Shown here: piece by piece, positions 60,816 through 64,000 of the stretch
Numbering within the stretch: position 1 is the stretch's first letter
Layout of the letters: each line of letters starts with the position of its first letter
Source: an uncultured cyanobacterium
GTDB taxonomy: Bacteria > Cyanobacteriota > Cyanobacteriia > Cyanobacteriales > Nostocaceae
Length of the DNA: 64,000 nucleotides
Reading direction: 5' to 3'
NCBI GenBank assembly: GCA_963740315.1
Contig: CAVUDP010000001.1
Location: 1,504,001-1,568,000, forward strand
Notes under the pieces: generated by a model
Seen by the model: the letters and a program-made list of their open reading frames with translations, nothing else
Told to the model about the DNA's origin: nothing
The model's database searches: none
Made by a program: the position numbers and the translations under genes

Positions 60816-61049
60816 ATGGCAGAAGACAACGTTCGTTTTTCAATTACCCTATCCCCTTATGATTTTCGGAAGCTAAAGCTTTGGGCAAAGCTCCGAGCGA
60901 GGTCGTCCTCCGGCTGCATTTGCGGCTCAAATCATTGCTGCAAGACGCTTAGGCTAACTTTGAAAGTATTAATCAGCAACTCGCTGTTGGATGCGCGATA
61001 CAAAAATGTTTCTATAGAAGAACTAGAAGCTAGCTTTGATTCTGATTAG
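60816..61049 (+). CDS. RHH-like small protein with internal compensating frameshifts
   Basis: RFSITLSPYDFRKLKLWAKL; alternative frames give RGRPPAAFAAQIIAAR and ANFESINQQLA. Confidence 0.55.
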   Translation: MAEDNVRFSITLSPYDFRKLKLWAKLRARSSSGCICGSNHCCKTLRLTLKVLISNSLLDARYKNVSIEELEASFDSD

Positions 61050-61352
61050 TTAAATGGCTTTCTTTGCCTGAGCAAATTGTTTTTTCTTAAATTTGATGGT
61101 GATAGTGGTTCATACTACTAGACTCCAAATAAGAAAAGAGAAGAAAATTACTTTTTTGTATTTGAGCAAATAATCCTCCATATCGCTTATTACCAACAGT
61201 TGCATGTGATTAAAGTATTCTTCTTTAACCCGGTGTTCTGCGTTATTCTCGAATCCTAACATCTATTCTACAACTAAATAGCATCTATATTGCAACAGTC
61301 TTTCAAGTCAATAAAAGATACGATGAGACATTAAAGTTAGAAAACACTTGCC

Positions 61353-61541
61353 GTGACTAAGAGAATAAGCGTTTCTATTCCCGATTTAACCCATGAAAAA
61401 TTACAAACTTGGGCTGACATTGAAGGCACAAGTTTAGCTGACTTAGCAGCTTATTTGTTGCGTAGAGACATTGAAATAGCTGAGAAAGAGGGGAAGCTTA
61501 GATATCCAAATGAGAACACAACCGAAGAATCAACACAGTAA
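61353..61541 (+). CDS. CopG/RHH domain protein
   Basis: KRISVSIPD..EKL..WA..EG.SLA.LAAYLL. Confidence 0.75.
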   Translation: MTKRISVSIPDLTHEKLQTWADIEGTSLADLAAYLLRRDIEIAEKEGKLRYPNENTTEESTQ

Positions 61542-61857
61542 ATTTACATCCTTAATACCTCTATCAAGATTTTTTAGATGATTCTGTTTAAATTTCGGTC
61601 AAGCTATTAGCTTGTACCGAATGAAAACATTCTATCGATTTATAGGAATAATGATGCATCAACTTTACACTTATTCATAATATATGCATCACTAGATATT
61701 ATTAATGCATTTTTAAATTAATATTAGTTAACAAATAGTGATGCATTAAATTGTCTCACTGACGAGGTTTTAATATAAAACTTAATAGAATAAACTAAAA
61801 ATATAGTTGTTTATGTAAACTGAAGTGAAACATCGATAAAGATAAGTCCAAAAATCT

Positions 61858-62679
61858 GTGATAAATAAGCGCGAACGCTTTCCTCAAGGGGATACCAATC
61901 GAGTATCTTTTACTCTCGCACCGGGTGTGCGACAACGAGTAGATAAAATGTTGCCGATACTAGGCAGTTCTTTGTCAAAGACATTAAGATACTTAATTGA
62001 TTTGGGCTTAGATGTATTTGAACTGGCTCAAAAAAATGGAAATTCAATTCCTAAAGTAGGTAGTTTGGATCGGATGTTTTCTACTTACACTTCTTTAGGG
62101 ATGGAATTAGTATTTGCGTGCGATTCTTTGGGCTTATCAGTACCAGAGGTTGGTCGTGTGGGTATTTGGTTTGTAGACAATCTCTATCCGGGATTTGATA
62201 ATATTGAAGGGATTCAAAGAGATCAAGAATTTCAAGCATCTCGTATATTCCGCTTAAGTGGAGAAATCCAAAAGCTTTTTCAACAACAGCTTAGTTTATT
62301 GTCTGAAGAAGAATTCGCAGTATTTTTAAAAAATTTACATCAAGAAACAGTCATAGGACAAGAATTCGTTGCGACTTGTCGAACGCTTGGCTTAAAACCA
62401 CCACAAAACGGGAAAATAGAGCAATGGCTGCTTTCAAACATGGGACAACAGGGGCAGCTTGATAAAGTTGGTGTATCGGAAGCAGGCTTTACAACACAAT
62501 CCCAGCCAACTGAAGATAATTTGCATGGAGTAAATTCACAGCCGTTTTTGGAATACTTACTGACACTTGATGCAATGCCAACTGAAGAAGAGCAGTTTTT
62601 GATTGCTAGTCGGTTTGGTGTAGAGCTAACACGTCTTACAAAACTAATATCTCGGATAAGGTTTGACGATAAGGGGTGA
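61858..62679 (+). CDS. Hypothetical protein with N-terminal RHH-like domain
   Basis: RVSFTL..SLSKTLRYLIDLGL. Confidence 0.6.
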   Translation: MINKRERFPQGDTNRVSFTLAPGVRQRVDKMLPILGSSLSKTLRYLIDLGLDVFELAQKNGNSIPKVGSLDRMFSTYTSLGMELVFACDSLGLSVPEVGRVGIWFVDNLYPGFDNIEGIQRDQEFQASRIFRLSGEIQKLFQQQLSLLSEEEFAVFLKNLHQETVIGQEFVATCRTLGLKPPQNGKIEQWLLSNMGQQGQLDKVGVSEAGFTTQSQPTEDNLHGVNSQPFLEYLLTLDAMPTEEEQFLIASRFGVELTRLTKLISRIRFDDKG

Positions 62680-62823
62680 AACAAATAATTGAAACATAAA
62701 TTTTTCGGTATTGATATGTATCTATATTGCGGCTGTAATCTCTACAATCGGTCATTGACATATGACAACGGTGCAAAATTTTAAGATAGAATTATTCATA
62801 AGTTATTAGGCAAGAAGTAGATA

Positions 62824-63219
62824 ATGTCAATCCTCAAAGTTGAAGTACAATTATCTTCAGAAGAATTGCTCAAGGCAGTTGAGCAATTAAACTTGTCTGA
62901 ATTAGAACAATTTGTATCACAAGTTATTGTTTTAAAAGCACAACGTAAAGCCACCCGACTGCCGCAAACAGAAGCAGAATTATTACTTAAAATTAATCAA
63001 GGTATTCCTGATAATCTTCAAAAAGATTACGAGGAATTAAAGGTTAAAGGAGAAGAAGAAACTCTCACAGATGATGAGCATCAAAGGTTATTACAACTGA
63101 CTGAGGAAATAGAAAAAATCCAAGCACAACGTATAGAAAATTTAGCAGAGTTAGCACGTTTGCGTGGTGTGTCACTAACTGCATTGATGGAAAATTTAGG
63201 GATTCAGGCAACAAAATAA
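62824..63219 (+). CDS. Small helical protein partnered with an HNH nuclease (antitoxin-like)
   Basis: LLKAVEQL..EAELLLKIN..LAELARLRG; stop overlaps the HNH start. Confidence 0.65.
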   Translation: MSILKVEVQLSSEELLKAVEQLNLSELEQFVSQVIVLKAQRKATRLPQTEAELLLKINQGIPDNLQKDYEELKVKGEEETLTDDEHQRLLQLTEEIEKIQAQRIENLAELARLRGVSLTALMENLGIQATK

Positions 63220-63558
63220 TGTCCGATTCAAGAGTGACAGCGCAGTTAAAAAAGTCTGTAGTAAAAAGAGAAGACCGGATGTTGTGAATATTGTAGAAGC
63301 CAAGAAAGTTTTGCAATTCAAGCTTTTTCTGCCGAGCATATTATCCCCAAAAGTAAAGGTGGAGAAACAAGTTTAGAAAATTTGGCTCTTTCTTGTCAGG
63401 GTTGTAATAATCACAAATATAATAAAATCCAAGGTTATAACCTTGTAAGTGGTGAAACTGTACCTTTGTATCATCCACGTCAACAAATATGGAATGATAA
63501 TTTTGCATGGAATAATGACTTTACTCTAGTTATTGGTTTGAATCCAACAGGAAGAGCT
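63219..63558 (+). pseudogene. HNH endonuclease, frameshifted near 63275 and C-terminally truncated
   Basis: CCEYC..EHIIPKSKGG..NLALSCQGCNNHK..TGRA then junction. Confidence 0.8.
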
Positions 63559-63922
63559 ATATTAGTCACCAAAGCATCTTTACGCGATCGCGCAACTGCA
63601 CCAATCAACACATCAATTTCCTCTGTTGGTTTACCAATTTTTGTAAGTTCGCTTTGAATCCTACCAAACTTAACAGCCGCATCTAGGTCAAATGGTGGTT
63701 CAACTGTCAGATTTTGGGTTAACTGCGCTAATATTTCTAAATTCTTTTCGACCTGCTGCGAACAGTAGACACCTTCATAAGTTCAGAAACAACGATTGTC
63801 GAAATATAACATTGAGCCTTGGCATGACTAACTTTGATAAAACGAATAAAATCGAATGCTTCAGTTAATAATTCTGAAGGTAAAGATTCTATTTCTTTAA
63901 TTAGTAATTCTTTATTAACCAT
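63559..63922 (-). pseudogene. Fused remnant of a DUF2281-like antitoxin and a VapC/PIN toxin
   Basis: KEIESLP...FDFIRFIK runs into CYISTIVVSEL/..G..IDVLIGAVA..LVTN. Confidence 0.65.
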
Positions 63923-64000
63923 ATTAAGTAATTATCTTTGTTTGTATTTTAAATTTTATACAACGGATACACAAACTTATCCAAGCGAAGCGATAAATTT

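Noticed and set aside
1456..63316. Short antisense or nested ORFs in the track (e.g. 1456-1713, 11854-12177, 35292-35537, 55829-56197, 62340-62684)
   Set aside because: Shadows of longer genes with recognisable motifs; no independent evidence
4636..63592. Recurrent GCGATCGC as a novel repeat
   Set aside because: This is the well-known cyanobacterial HIP1; used only as a host indicator

Overview
AT-rich DNA from a cyanobacterium, probably a filamentous heterocystous (Nostocales-type) one: it has about 20 HIP1 octamers (GCGATCGC), STRR-like heptamers and a Nostoc-type REP-like element. The window reads as part of a large conjugative plasmid or ICE. (1) 1-14.9 kb: cyanobacterial MPF_C-type T4SS operon (pilin, VirB4, VirB6/8/9/10-like, VirD4). 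(2) 14.9-21 kb: AAA ATPase, HTH regulator and an ASCH-adenine methyltransferase fusion containing a palindromic 54-bp tandem array. (3) 21-32.6 kb: a MOBV relaxase transcribed divergently from a parM/parR/mobD-like operon. That operon ends in a 1259-aa two-barrel polymerase with eukaryotic-RdRP/YonO-like motifs (DCDGD). The spacer holds a candidate oriT and an 11-bp-period parC array. (4) 32.6-48 kb: leading-region-type small genes (DUF3768, GIY-YIG, ArdA, recD2 remnant) interrupted by cargo: a lipase plus a transglutaminase-like-NACHT-TPR protein, an L,D-transpeptidase and a pentapeptide-CHAT protein. (5) 48-57.5 kb: a TPR-CHAT/small protein/2-TM protein triad, a truncated NACHT gene and a FAAL-carrier-TE-carrier gene whose carriers both lack the pantetheinylation Ser. 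(6) 58-64 kb: RHH regulators and decayed toxin-antitoxin genes. The most interesting candidates are a possibly co-transferred RdRP-like polymerase and an NLR/lipase immune module with a HET-s-like amyloid motif. Many genes carry small indels, probably assembly errors. No rRNA, tRNA, CRISPR array, transposase or recognisable Rep gene was seen. All family calls come from motif recognition by eye, not database searches.
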